Source: an uncultured Planctomycetaceae bacterium
Lineage (GTDB): Bacteria; Planctomycetota; Planctomycetia; Planctomycetales; Planctomycetaceae
Reading direction: 5' to 3'
DNA length: 64,000 nucleotides
NCBI GenBank assembly: GCA_963815195.1
Contig: CAWFGE010000013.1
Span: 32,001 to 96,000, forward strand
In this document: positions 36,172 to 46,950 of the stretch, in pieces
Layout of the letters: every line of letters begins with the position of its first letter
How positions within the stretch are numbered: the stretch's first letter is position 1
Translations under genes and position numbers: made by a program
The notes under the pieces: model-generated
What the model was told of the DNA's origin: nothing
Seen by the model: the letters and a program-made list of their open reading frames with translations, nothing else
Databases searched by the model: none

Positions 36172-37011
36172 ATGCTCGACAATCTTCCTCTTCACACGCT
36201 CCAATACAAAGCCCTCACGATTGAGGGCTACTCCCGCGCCGCGGTGCAGAGCTATTGGCGGATTCCCGAACTAAAGCTGGGTTTCGACCTCGGCGGCAGC
36301 CCGTGGTCGTTCATGGGCACGCAGACGTTCTTCATCACGCATCCGCACCTGGACCACATGGCCGCTCTCCCCGTCTACGTGGCCCGGCGGCGGATGATGA
36401 AAATGGACCCACCCACAATCTACGTCCCGGCCGCGGTCGTCGAACCCGTCCAAAAGATGCTCCGCAGTTGGCAGCGGCTGGACCGGGGGCGGATGCTCTG
36501 CGACCTCGTCGGCGTAGAGCCGGGCCAGGAGATCCCCCTGTCCCGCGAGCACGTCGTGACGGTGTTCGAGACGGTGCACACGGTGCCTTCCGTGGGCTAT
36601 GTCGTTTGGGACCGGCGGAAGAAGCTCAAAGCGGAGTATCAAGGCCTGCCGCAGGACGAGATCCGCGACATCCGCCTGGCAGGGAACGACGTCAGCGAGG
36701 AAGTCCGCGTGCCGTTGGTGTGTTACACCGGCGACACCGCGCCGGGCGGGTTCGACAATTACCCGCCGGTGATGGAAGCGGAGGTGTTGATTACGGAACT
36801 CACATTTTTCCGCCCGGAGCACCGCAAGGAAAAGATCCACAAGTTCGGCCATACGCATTTGGACGATTTGATCGAACGCGCGGACCGGTTTCGGAACAAC
36901 CTGATCATCCTGGCCCACTTCAGCACCCGCTACCACGAGCGGCAAATCCGCAAAGCCGTCGAACGCCGACTGCCCCCAGAGCTCAAAGATCGCGTGCACT
37001 TGTGGCTTTGA
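36172..37011 (+). CDS. MBL-fold metallo-hydrolase, RNase Z-like
   Basis: THPHLDH (HxHxDH), [13 protein letters not shown] and HFSTRY motifs. Confidence 0.85.
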   Translation: MLDNLPLHTLQYKALTIEGYSRAAVQSYWRIPELKLGFDLGGSPWSFMGTQTFFITHPHLDHMAALPVYVARRRMMKMDPPTIYVPAAVVEPVQKMLRSWQRLDRGRMLCDLVGVEPGQEIPLSREHVVTVFETVHTVPSVGYVVWDRRKKLKAEYQGLPQDEIRDIRLAGNDVSEEVRVPLVCYTGDTAPGGFDNYPPVMEAEVLITELTFFRPEHRKEKIHKFGHTHLDDLIERADRFRNNLIILAHFSTRYHERQIRKAVERRLPPELKDRVHLWL

Positions 37012-37230
37012 GAAGGGATTTCGTAGCGGCGGCTCCCGGCCGCCGACAGGTTGATTGCGACTCCGAAACCGCATGAGCCCGAACCGCCAGCTTGGGAACG
37101 GGGCGAGGGGTTTTCGTGAGGGCGCTACTTTTCAAGTCGAAAATCGCTGGAGGTTGATTCGCTCTCGGCGTCGTGGTAGAGGTGGTGTGAATCGCACAAC
37201 GCCCCCTCGCCCCGCATGGAGAGAGTCCGC

Positions 37231-38520
37231 ATGAAACATTCCCCCGCCGCCCTTTGTGCCGTTGTTATTTTTTTCGCGGGAATGGCCAACGCCGCGGACC
37301 GGCCGCCGAATGTGGTGCTGATTCTCGCCGACGATGTGGGCTGCGAGCCGCTCGGCTGTTATGGCGGGGAATCCTACAAAACGCCTCATCTCGATCGGCT
37401 GGCCGAGACGGGGATGCGGTTTCGGCACTGTTATGCCATGCCGGTGTGTCATCCCACGCGGACGACCTTGCTAACGGGGCGATACCCGTTCCGTTTGAAC
37501 CACCCGAAGTGGGGCACGTTCCCCAAGGCGGAAGAACAGCATACGCTTGCGCATCTGATGAAAGCCGCGGGTTATCAAACCGCCGTCGCGGGGAAGTGGC
37601 AGCTCACGTTGCTCAAGAACGATCCCGATCATCCGCGGCGGATGGGCTTCGATCCGTCGTGCCTGTTCGGCTGGCACGAAGGGCCCCGCTACTATCAACC
37701 GCTCATCTGGCAGAACGGGGCGATCCGCCAGGGGCTCGAAGACCGCTACGGCCCCGATGTCTATGTCGAGTTTCTCGCCGATTTTATGAAAGCCAACCAG
37801 GACCGGCCGTTTTTCGCTTTCTATTCGATGGCCCTTTGCCATAACGTGACCGACGACCTCAAAGAACCGGTCCCCTACGGCCCCGAGGGGCATTATGACA
37901 CCTATGCCCAGATGATCGAGTCGATGGACCGGCACGTGGGCAGTCTCGTCGCGGCGATCGATCGGCTCGGACTTCGCGAGCGGACCGTGATTCTCTTCAC
38001 GGGCGACAACGGCACCTCGAAGAGTTATATCCATGCCGCCCAGGACGGGAAGTACATTGACCGGCCCGTGGCTTCGAAGGTGAACGGCGAAATGGTCCGC
38101 GGCGGGAAAGGGGAACTCACCAACGCGGGCACCAATGTCCCGTTGATCGCCAATTGGAAAGGCACCATCGCCCCCGGCCAGGTGGTGGACGACCTTGTGG
38201 ACATGAGCGACTTTTTGCCGACGCTCGTGGAACTCGCCGGCTCGCAAGTCCCCAATCAGCCGCGGATCGACGGCGTGAGTTTCGCGGGCCGGCTGTTGGG
38301 AAAGAACACGCCGGGACGGCGCTGGGCGTTCTCGGAGCAACAAGGCAAATCCTGGGTGAGGACGGCTCGATATAAACTCTACGACGACGGCCGACTCTTC
38401 GATGTCGCCAACGACGTCAAGGAGAAAAAACCAATCGCCCAAGGCGGCGAATCGGCCCAAGCCACCCGGAAAGAATTGAGCGAAGCGATAAAGTCGCTCC
38501 AACAAGTTCCCCGCCGTTAA
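37231..38520 (+). CDS. Formylglycine-dependent sulfatase with signal peptide
   Basis: PNVVLILADD, CHPTR (CxPxR) followed by LLTGRY, GKWQL, GDNG. Confidence 0.93.
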   Translation: MKHSPAALCAVVIFFAGMANAADRPPNVVLILADDVGCEPLGCYGGESYKTPHLDRLAETGMRFRHCYAMPVCHPTRTTLLTGRYPFRLNHPKWGTFPKAEEQHTLAHLMKAAGYQTAVAGKWQLTLLKNDPDHPRRMGFDPSCLFGWHEGPRYYQPLIWQNGAIRQGLEDRYGPDVYVEFLADFMKANQDRPFFAFYSMALCHNVTDDLKEPVPYGPEGHYDTYAQMIESMDRHVGSLVAAIDRLGLRERTVILFTGDNGTSKSYIHAAQDGKYIDRPVASKVNGEMVRGGKGELTNAGTNVPLIANWKGTIAPGQVVDDLVDMSDFLPTLVELAGSQVPNQPRIDGVSFAGRLLGKNTPGRRWAFSEQQGKSWVRTARYKLYDDGRLFDVANDVKEKKPIAQGGESAQATRKELSEAIKSLQQVPRR

Positions 38521-39413
38521 CGACCGATCTTGCGGGACAGGCCGATCGCCTGTTCGATCGCGTCTTGGTGGTACTGGGCCCAGATCGCGAGCGTCAGAAT
38601 CGCAACAGCCGCGATGCACCAAATCAGGCTTCGCAGCGGGGTGGTTTGAGACGTCTGTTCTGACCCCTCGGCGTCGGAGCTTGGGATGTCCCCGTAGGCG
38701 GCGATTTTTTCCCGGATTGCGCGGCGGGCCAGGCGCGTGATGTAGATTGTGACAAGGATCGTGGCCAATAAGCCCGTGCCGCGCGCCAGCCACTCTTGCC
38801 AGGTTGTGTGGTCTCTCGTCGCGGCGGCGGAACCGAGGGAGCCTATGTAGATGTACATAAACGTCCCCGGCAGCATGGCGATCCAACTCGTGAGGATGCA
38901 CGGCCAAAAGCGGATGGCCGTCACGCCGTAAAGATAATTCTGCAGACCAAACGGCACCGCCGGCGACAGCCGCAGGAGGGCGACGATCTTCCAGCCTTGC
39001 TCACCGATGGCCTCGTCCACGGCGGCGAGCCGGGCGGACTGTTGCACCCGTTTTTGGACGCGTTCCCGCGCAAGGTGGCGGGCGATCAAAAACGCCATCG
39101 CCGCCCCCAGGGTGGCGGCAAGGGACACGATGATCGTGCCTTCCACCAGGCCGAACACCGCCCCGGCGGCGAGTGTCAACAGCGATCCCGGAATCAGAAA
39201 CACCACGGCCACCGCATAAATCGCCCCGAACCACACCGGCCCCCACACGCCCATCTGGCGGACGGAGGATTGCAGTTCCGCGCTCAACCGCTCGAGCGGG
39301 AACGCCCGCATCAACAGCAAAATCCCGGCGAGTATCAGGCCCATCGACGCCCACTTCGCCCAAACGGCCCACCGGCCATCTGGGGCATTCGCGGTTGATG
39401 AGGAGTCGGCCAT
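38517..39413 (-). CDS. TVP38/TMEM64 (DedA/VTT) family membrane protein
   Basis: IPGSLLTLAAGAVFG, LLRLSPAVPFGLQNYLYG. Confidence 0.9.
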   Translation of the reverse strand: MADSSSTANAPDGRWAVWAKWASMGLILAGILLLMRAFPLERLSAELQSSVRQMGVWGPVWFGAIYAVAVVFLIPGSLLTLAAGAVFGLVEGTIIVSLAATLGAAMAFLIARHLARERVQKRVQQSARLAAVDEAIGEQGWKIVALLRLSPAVPFGLQNYLYGVTAIRFWPCILTSWIAMLPGTFMYIYIGSLGSAAATRDHTTWQEWLARGTGLLATILVTIYITRLARRAIREKIAAYGDIPSSDAEGSEQTSQTTPLRSLIWCIAAVAILTLAIWAQYHQDAIEQAIGLSRKIGR

Positions 39414-39422
39414 GACAGACTG

Positions 39423-39647
39423 CTACGGCAACCGGCAGCAATGGGGACTGCACGGCGGGGCATCGCTGGGCGGGCAGGCGCTCGTCATCGGCAGCCGCCC
39501 GGTGGAGTTCACATGGGCCGCCGTCGCGCTCATCAGCTTCTGAGGCTCCCGGTGTCCGCATTTGGGGCAGGCGACGGCTTCGTCTTTTCGCACCAGTTCC
39601 TCAAACAAATGCTCACAGGCGGAGCAGCGATATTCAAAAATGGGCAT
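39423..39647 (-). CDS. FmdB-family zinc ribbon protein
   Basis: MPIFEYRCSACEHLFE...CPKCG. Confidence 0.88.
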   Translation of the reverse strand: MPIFEYRCSACEHLFEELVRKDEAVACPKCGHREPQKLMSATAAHVNSTGRLPMTSACPPSDAPPCSPHCCRLP

Positions 39648-39697
39648 TGGAAATTTCGCAATTAAGAGGTTCAACAAAAGCTGCGGAGTCTCTTCGC

Positions 39698-40141
39698 TTA
39701 CGCTCCCCGCTCGCCGGTTTTTTCCGATTCGAGGGCGAGCGCGGCGTAACTGCGTATCCGCTGCACCATGCCGTTGAGCCCGTTCTTGCGGGCGGGGCTC
39801 AAATTGCGGCTCAGGCCCAGTTGATCGAAAATGTCCTTCACGTCGAGGGCCAGAATCTCGGCCGGGGTCTTGCCGGAGTAAATGGTGAGCAGCACCGCGA
39901 TCAGGCCTTTGACGATTTTCGCGTCGCTGTCGGCAGCGATCTCCACCACCGGTTCGCCGTTGGTCCGCTTGATCTGGGTCGTCATCCACACGTTGCTCTG
40001 GCAGCCGTGCACGCGGTTGGCTTCGGTCTTGGCTTCGTCCGGCATGTCCCGAAGCTCGAATCCCAGGTCGATCAGGTAATCGCAACGGTCTTCCCAGTCG
40101 CCGAGGAATTCGAACTCCGACAAGAGGTCGTCAATATTCAT
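39698..40141 (-). CDS. sufE: SufE family Fe-S cluster sulfur acceptor
   Basis: DWEDR.DYLIDLG, VHGCQSNVW (active Cys), DSDAKIVKGL, LSPARKNGL. Confidence 0.92.
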   Translation of the reverse strand: MNIDDLLSEFEFLGDWEDRCDYLIDLGFELRDMPDEAKTEANRVHGCQSNVWMTTQIKRTNGEPVVEIAADSDAKIVKGLIAVLLTIYSGKTPAEILALDVKDIFDQLGLSRNLSPARKNGLNGMVQRIRSYAALALESEKTGERGA

Positions 40142-40493
40142 CGATTGCAGCGAACTCAAAGAAACCCCCAATGGTCGGGTGTTGAAAATCACAAGGCGAG
40201 CCCGGTTGGGCCTCTTGTTGCATTCTATACGCCCGGCCCGGCCGATCCAAGAGCCGCCCGCGAAAGGAAAACCGGAACCCGGCCTCAAGGGCGCGGCTCC
40301 CGGATTTCGAGTTTCAAGTTTAATGTTTCAGGTTTCAAGTTTTATCGCGGCGTTGATTCCTTTTGCAATCCGCTACCTTAGCGGAGCGAAGGGCGACTTT
40401 CGCATAGAAATTCAGTAGCTTCAAATTCCGCGTGATTGTGGCAGGGACGTCCCGGCTGGATGAGTCGACAAGACGCCTGCACCAAAAGGATTT

Positions 40494-40724
40494 AGGGCCG
40501 AAGGCCCGGCCCTATGTCAGCCCAGGGCCAGCGCAGCGCCGCCCTGGGTTACGGATGATGAATGAAACGAAAGCCCCAACGGGGCGGCCCTATGTGGCTT
40601 GTGATTTCTCGCTTCGTTAAACGGAATTGGGTTTAGGACCGCCCCGTTGGGGCTTTTGCATTTTGTTCGTTCCCGTGCCCCAGGGCTCCGCCCTAGGCTG
40701 ACATAGGGCCGGACCTTCGGCCCT
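40494..40724. repeat. Nested inverted-repeat element (REPIN/MITE-like)
   Basis: Outer arms 40494-40528 / 40690-40724 and inner arms 40570-40593 / 40634-40656 (AAAGCCCCAACGGGGCGG / CCGCCCCGTTGGGGCTTT). Confidence 0.85.
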
Positions 40725-40810
40725 TTTTCCGTAATTTGGAGCTACTGAAATTCCTTTATCGCGGCGTCGCTCCCTTTTTGGATTTTGGATAGTCCGCTGC
40801 GCCGGGAGGT

Positions 40811-43800
40811 TCAAACCCGCCGGGTAAACCGGAAGGGCGCTTGACTCTCTCCGTCGCTCGTTGATCCCTCCCGCGGTACGTCGCGGCTCGGGGCGCTGCC
40901 TGCTCCGCGTTGGATTCGCGGATTGTCGCGGCCGGGAACCTGCACCGGGTGGCCGTCGTTGCGTTCGATCAGGTTTTGCAGCGTGGTCTTGTCGATGGGA
41001 TCGTTGAGGAATCCGACCGAGCCATCGCCGAAGACCGCGGTAAAACCATCCTTGAACCAGCCGCCCAACTTGGGGGCCGGCTTGGTGCGGTCCTCTTCAT
41101 AAGGGATGTCTTCGGGCTTCGTCCAGGGGATGTCCCGCTTGGCTTCCACGATCATCAGCGTGTTGGACGTGCCATCCACGACGTCCGCGAAGCGCATCGG
41201 CGTTTCCCCATCGCCCATCAGCGTGTTCTTGCCGACGAGTGCGAAGTAACTCGTGGTCGTGGAATCGGGCTTGTCTTTGGGATTGCGGTAAACGCTGGGC
41301 ATCTTGGCCAGCAGTTTCTTGTTGTGCTCACTGTCCCAGGGTTCATCGAAGTGATATTGGTTGTAGAGGTCCGCTTGTTCGATATATGGCAGGATCGCCA
41401 CTCGCCAACTGTGGGGATATTTTCCCGGCTGGCCGTCATTGCCTTTGCCCGCCGCGGCGGGGAAATGCCGGTGGGTGTCGTGGTAGGCGTGCATCGCGAT
41501 GGCGATTTGCTTGAGGTTGTTAAGCGATTGAGCCCGCTGGGCGGCGTCGCGGGCGGAATTGACCGCCGGCACCAGCGAAGCCACGAGCACGCTCGCGGTC
41601 TCCCTGGGGAGTTCCACGTGCACGGTCACGTCCGAATCCTTGCGTTCGACCTTGAGCGTTTTTAGAACCTCCTGCCCCAGCTTGAGAAAGAGCCCGATCA
41701 TCTGCTGTTCCCGCTCAGGAAGCTGGCCGATCATCTGCTGGTTTTGCTCGACCATATTTCGGCCGAGGACCATCATCGCATTCAAAGTGTCTTCGACCTT
41801 GGCGGCGTAGCGCCAACTTCTGCTGATTCTTCTCCCTGTTGTGCTCCTGATTGTGGAGGACGCCTGGCATCTTGGGCACCCTTTGCACGGAAGATAATGT
41901 CCGCCGACATCCCCTGGTCAAATTCCAGACTGCCCACGATGGTATCCACATCGTTCCACAACGGCCCGAACATGGGATTGAGGCCGAAGGAAACGGCCGT
42001 GTTGGCCGGGACAGTCTGCTGAAGACCGCCGAATGCTCCGCGGCCAGCCGCGCTCCAAATCACGGGTCTCCAGTTCCGGCATCGGGCCGGAAAAATCGCC
42101 CATCCCCAGTTCCGTCCGGAGTTGTTTCACATTCACATACTCGGCGGCGATTTTCTTGGAGACCGCGTCCCAACCCGGGATGCGTTTTTCGCGGTTGATG
42201 GAGGTGTTGCGCATCGATGGCTTGCTTCAGCCCTTGTTCGGTGTCGGAGACGATCAGGGTGTTTTCATTGGCCAGCCAAAACGCGGGACCCAACTTGCCG
42301 CCGGCGGGTTTAAGGTAGAGTTGCCCGCCGTAGAACCCGCGTGTCGGATTCCGGCGTCAGATGCTGCTTCAGGCTCTCCAGATCGAGTTTCTTCGACGTG
42401 CGGAACATGCCGGCGATCAGCATGGGGTCGTGGCGAATGGTGTCCCGCGTGCCGAAGCTCCACACGACTTCTTCAATCTGATCGAGCGGAATGCCCATCG
42501 GCTCGACTAAACTTTTCTCCTGCGAAAACACCTTCACCAGCGGCTCGAACATCGGTTTCGCAAGCAAAGCTTTGGGCCGCACGCCGAACACGGCAACCGC
42601 ATCATCGGGCACATAAGTCAGTGGAAATGCGGCCCGCGGTTTGGGCGCGTCTTCGCTCAGCGACGACGGATCGTTTTGCGCCAGGATGGTGGGACCGGCA
42701 TTGGGCGCGTTCGGTTCCTGGGCGTCGGCGGGGTTGGAGCGGCTGCGAAGGCCGACGGCGAACAGCGTCGCCAAGCCGATCAAAGCCAGCGTGCCATACT
42801 GCCGGAGCCGCGATGGGCGGGACGCGTCCAAGGGGTTTTTCTTGAGCATTTCGATTCTCCTCATAAACGTGCGATGGGACGGAAGAAAGGCGCGGGCGGG
42901 CCACGCGGGGCCGCGGGACGAGTCGCTCAACGCCATCTCCGCCAAAATGCAGAGATAGCGCCGCTGCCCGCCGATGTGCCGCGCGGCGACGGCGTCGGCG
43001 GCGAGTTCCTGCTCCAGCCGGAGCCGATTCGCCAGCCAGTGCATGAGCGGATGATAGAAGTGCAGCACCCGCCCGACTTCGGCGAAGAGCGCGGTGATGC
43101 AATCCCGCCGGCGGATGTGATTGAGTTCGTGGGCCAACACCGCCCGCAGTTCCTCGTCGGTCCACTTCTGCCAATGGGCGGGCAGCAAAACGACCGGCCG
43201 AAAAATTCCCGTGGTCGCGGCGGTTTGGAGCTTTGTCGTCACGCGGACTTCAATCACCCGGCTTCGTTTGAGATGCGGGAAGAATCTCGCGGATCGCCTC
43301 GAGTATCCGCTCGTCATCAATCACCCGGCTCCGGTGAACCTCCCGCCGCAATAACACGATGCCCAACACCAGCCGGATGAACCCAAAGCCCACACCCGCC
43401 AGAAATACCGCGGCCGCGATTGAGGGGATCGTAACGGCGAACGTTTCCGGCTCGGCGGCTTTTTCGGACGGGAGGCGGCGGAACGGGGCGGCTCTCGAGT
43501 TCTTCCACAAATGCCGACCACGCCGCCGACCACACCGAAAGCGGCTCGTCCGTTTTCGCCGTTGGCCGCTGCGATTCCGGTCGGGCGTTGGCTTCCGCGG
43601 CCTCCGGTTGAGTCGGCTGATCGGACTCCGCGGCGATGGCGGGCGGTACCGATTTTGTAATCGTGGTGGAATCCTGCTCAAAAAACTCAGGCCACGACGG
43701 CCAGGGGCTGACCGCGAAGGCCGACACCGCCAGCACCGCGAGCAGGCCCGCGAGCACGATGGGGATTCGCGACAACGGAGACGCGGTTTTCATCAACCGC

Positions 43801-43877
43801 AACACGCCCAGGATCGCCAGGAGAATCACGGTGACTTGGATCGCGGCCCAGAACAGGACCAAGCCGAGTGCATGCAT
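40811..43877 (-). CDS. BlaR1-like M56 peptidase fused to a C-terminal DUF1559 domain (multiple frameshifts)
   Basis: VLAHELNHIRRRD (HExxH), FYHPLMHW, LEQELAAD; C-terminal ARDAAQRAQSLNNLKQIAIAMHAYHD, HSWRVAILPY, DGTSNTLM, FGDGSV. Confidence 0.85.
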
Positions 43878-44267
43878 TACGAGTCCTCCCGCAAGATGGA
43901 TTCCAGGACGCTGCCGTTCCCGCTGGGAAAGTTTTTTCTGATCGACGAGCCGGAGCAGCAGTTTTTCCCGCGATCCGCCGAAGACCTTTTCGATCAAGTC
44001 GCCCAGGAGACTCTGCGACACCTCGTCGAAGGTCTTGAGCGGCCGATACAAAAACGGCCGCTCGGCGTTGGTTTGCTCCAAGAAGTCTTTCTCGGCCAGG
44101 ATGCGGACCAGCGTGGCCACCGTGGTGTAAGCCAGGTCCCGGCCCTGCTTGGCCAAGGCGTCGCGCACGTCGGCGACGGTGAGTTCCCCCGCCGCCTCGG
44201 CCGACCAGAAGACGTGCATGATTTCCAATTCCCGCTCGGTGAGTTCTTTGGATCGCGGACGCGCCAT
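43877..44267 (-). CDS. BlaI/MecI/CopY family transcriptional repressor
   Basis: LTERELEIMHVFW, LAYTTVATLVRIL, KVFGGS. The natural end ...LESILREDS-TAA overlaps the downstream ATG (TAATG) after a 1-nt shift. Confidence 0.92.
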
Positions 44268-44370
44268 TACGTGTTCTCCTCCAGGATCGTTCGAGAACTA
44301 GATCCGTTTCCATCAGCCGGAACGCGCTAATGTCCTATGAACCAGGGCTAGGGCCCTGCGGCTAATGATT

Positions 44371-44423
44371 GATTTGGTTTTTTAGATTTGGTTTTATAGT
44401 AACCTGTGGATCGAAGTTGTCAA
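44371..44423 (-). promoter_or_regulatory. Sigma70-type promoter of the blaI-M56 operon with an adjacent direct repeat
   Basis: TTGACA (44423-44418), 16-nt spacer, TACTAT (44401-44396), then AAAACCAAATC twice (44395-44385 and 44381-44371). Confidence 0.65.
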
Positions 44424-44514
44424 CAGAAAAATCCGAAAACCGAATCTCGAATTCCGACTTCGGATTTTCAGCAGATAACGCGCAGAATCGCGTACGCTCA
44501 TTTACAATCTTCCA

Positions 44515-45487
44515 ATGTCTTCTACTTCGTTCCCGCCCTTTTGTCCGCATCCTTTGGTTCGGGGCGGGCATGCGCAGACGTTGGCGGCTTATTGTTGGCC
44601 GGGAAGGGCCGAATACTGCGCGTCCCGGCACCGGGTGATGTTGGCGGATCAGGACGTGGTCGTGCTGCACGACGATTGCCCGCCGGAGTGGTCCGCGGGC
44701 GAGCGGGCGGCATTGTTGATGCCCGGGTTGGCGGGCTGCCATCGGAGCGGTTATCTGGCGCGGACGGCCGGCAAGCTCAACTCGCGCGGCGTGCGGACGT
44801 TTCGCATGGATCAGCGCGGCTGGGGAGCCGGGGCCGGTTTGGCGCGGCATCCCTTTCACGCCGGGCGCAGCGAGGACGTGCTCGCGGCGCTGCGATTCAT
44901 TGCGGAATTGTGCCCCGGTTCGCCGTTGGCCGCGGCTGGGTTTTCGCTCAGCGGGAATGTTGTGTTAAAGCTGTTGGGCGAAGGCTCCGATCGGCTGCCC
45001 GCGGAACTGGACCGCGCGGCCGCGCTCACGCCGCCCGTGGACCTGGCCGCATGCGCCGATTGGATGGAACGCCCGGCCAACCGGCTCTACAACCGCTACC
45101 TGACAGGCTGTTTGCTCAAACATCTGCGGGAGAGTGGCCGCCCGCTGCCTGCGAGGAACGGCGATTCCAAATCGCTTCCGAAAACGCTCCGCGAATTTGA
45201 CGACCGCTACACCGCGCCCGCAGCGGGGTTTGACTCCGCCGAGGATTATTACGCTCAATCCAGACTCCGCACCGCTGATTGAGCGGATTGAGATCCCCAC
45301 ATTGATTGTCGCGGCGGCGGATGATCCGATGATTCCCGCGGCCTCGTTCGGCGGTGTGGCGATGAGCGAAAGCGTGCATCTCCATATTTCCGGGTCCGGC
45401 GGGCATTTGGGATTCATCGCCCGCGGCGGCCCGGATCCCGATCGCCGCTGGCTGGACTGGCGGATCGTGGATTGGTTTACGATGTAA
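44515..45487 (+). CDS. YheT-family alpha/beta hydrolase (frameshift near 45265)
   Basis: GGHAQTL, GFSLSG nucleophile elbow, LREFDD, AADDP, GGHLGF. Confidence 0.88.
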
Positions 45488-45503
45488 GCGGCGGGACGAG
45501 TCC

Positions 45504-45542
45504 AAAAGAAAAACCGGACGGGGCTGGGGGTTCCCGTCCGGT
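45504..45542 (-). terminator. Rho-independent terminator between convergent genes
   Basis: 10-bp stem ACCGGACGGG/CCCGTCCGGT followed on the minus strand by a T-rich tract. Confidence 0.75.
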
Positions 45543-45566
45543 CGATTTGGGAAATTCGCGGAGCCG

Positions 45567-46667
45567 TTATTTTCGCTGTCGGCCGGCGGCGCGGTTCGAA
45601 AGTTCCCGCACCCGCAGCTCGCGAACGATGTAGGAGCCCTGGCCGACTTTGCGAACGTAGAACTGCAGAATCTTGTCGTTGTTGTTTTGGAAGCTGACGA
45701 CCGTGTCGCGCTCCACGCGTTTGGAGTTGACGGGCTTGACCTGGCCCATCAAATCGTGGGCTTCCTTCATGTCGGCCGCGGAGGGGCCTTTTCGCAGTTT
45801 TTCGAGCAATCCCACGGCTTCTTCGGAAATGAGGGAATCGAGACCGTCGGTTTGTCCGTGGGCGACTTTGAGGACCAGGTCCACGGCGGTGTATTCCGGC
45901 GTGCCTTCTTTGACGCCGGGAATATCCGTGGGCTTGGTGACATTTTGTTGGCCGCTGCCCTCGGCACCCGCCCCGCCTTCGCCCGCCGCGCCGTCCATCG
46001 GATTGCCGGCGATCGGGGGCATCGCTCCGTCTGCCATCGGATCTTCGGCCATCGGATCCATCGGCCCGTCTCCGTGACCGCCGCCTTCGGCGGGAGCTTT
46101 GGGTTTCGACTTGTTTCCGCCGCCGAAGAAGTTAAACAGATTCCCGATGGCCGATTTCTTCTTAGGCGGCGTATTGTTGGCCGGTGCATCGCCGTGTCCG
46201 CCGGCGGGGTCGGCTTCCATCGGCGGGGCGTCTCCGTGGGCGGCCCCATCGCCATGCGCGGCCCCATCGCCGGGCGCGGCTCCATCGGGATCTCCCTCAC
46301 CGAAGAATTGGCGATTTCGAGAGCCGGTGCCATCGCCGTGACCGGCATCGGCCACGTCGGCTCCATCGGGCATCATCGGGTCGCCGTGCGCGCCGTCGGG
46401 CATCATCGGGTCACCGGCTTCCTCCATCATGGGATCGCCGTGTCCGCCGCCGTCCATCGGGTCGCCGCCTTCGGCCATCATGGGATCGCCGCCGCCGTCG
46501 TCGCCGTGTCCGCCGCCGCCCATCGCTGGGTCGTCGGCCGGCGTGGCGTTCATATCCGGGGCTTGATCGTTGCTCGCGGTCTGATTGCCGGCCTGGTCGT
46601 CCTTTTTGCCGCACCCGGCGAGAGGCAGCACCAAGAGAGCCAGGGCCAACACAAACAGGTTTCTCAT
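45567..46667 (-). CDS. Lipoprotein with a long acidic Gly/Met/His low-complexity region
   Basis: Lipobox LAGC after a hydrophobic signal; eight HGD and several DPM(M) motifs; globular-looking C-terminal ~120 aa. Confidence 0.8.
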   Translation of the reverse strand: MRNLFVLALALLVLPLAGCGKKDDQAGNQTASNDQAPDMNATPADDPAMGGGGHGDDGGGDPMMAEGGDPMDGGGHGDPMMEEAGDPMMPDGAHGDPMMPDGADVADAGHGDGTGSRNRQFFGEGDPDGAAPGDGAAHGDGAAHGDAPPMEADPAGGHGDAPANNTPPKKKSAIGNLFNFFGGGNKSKPKAPAEGGGHGDGPMDPMAEDPMADGAMPPIAGNPMDGAAGEGGAGAEGSGQQNVTKPTDIPGVKEGTPEYTAVDLVLKVAHGQTDGLDSLISEEAVGLLEKLRKGPSAADMKEAHDLMGQVKPVNSKRVERDTVVSFQNNNDKILQFYVRKVGQGSYIVRELRVRELSNRAAGRQRK

Positions 46668-46950
46668 TTTCGATCCCTTCCTCAAATAGAAGGCGTGCGC
46701 ATCCAACCCGCGAAGGTCGGCTTGGAAGAGGATGAAGTTGTTTGAGGGCTTCTCCTCCAGAGACTGCCCGCTATCATACTGGCAACCGCCCCGAAAATTC
46801 AATCATAGATCGGTTGTTCAGGCAATTCGCGCGGCCTACTGCAAACCCTGGCGTGTCTAGCCTTCGGCCGCTACGATGCGCTCGAAGACGCTGTTTCGAC
46901 GCATGAATCCACCACACAAGGGATCGGGAAGAAGAGGAAAGAGACACATC

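Noticed and set aside
43317..44267. Apparent BlaI-membrane protein fusion (316-aa ORF)
   Set aside because: A 1-nt shift near 43915 hides the natural stop; the TAATG overlap at 43879-43875 indicates two coupled genes.
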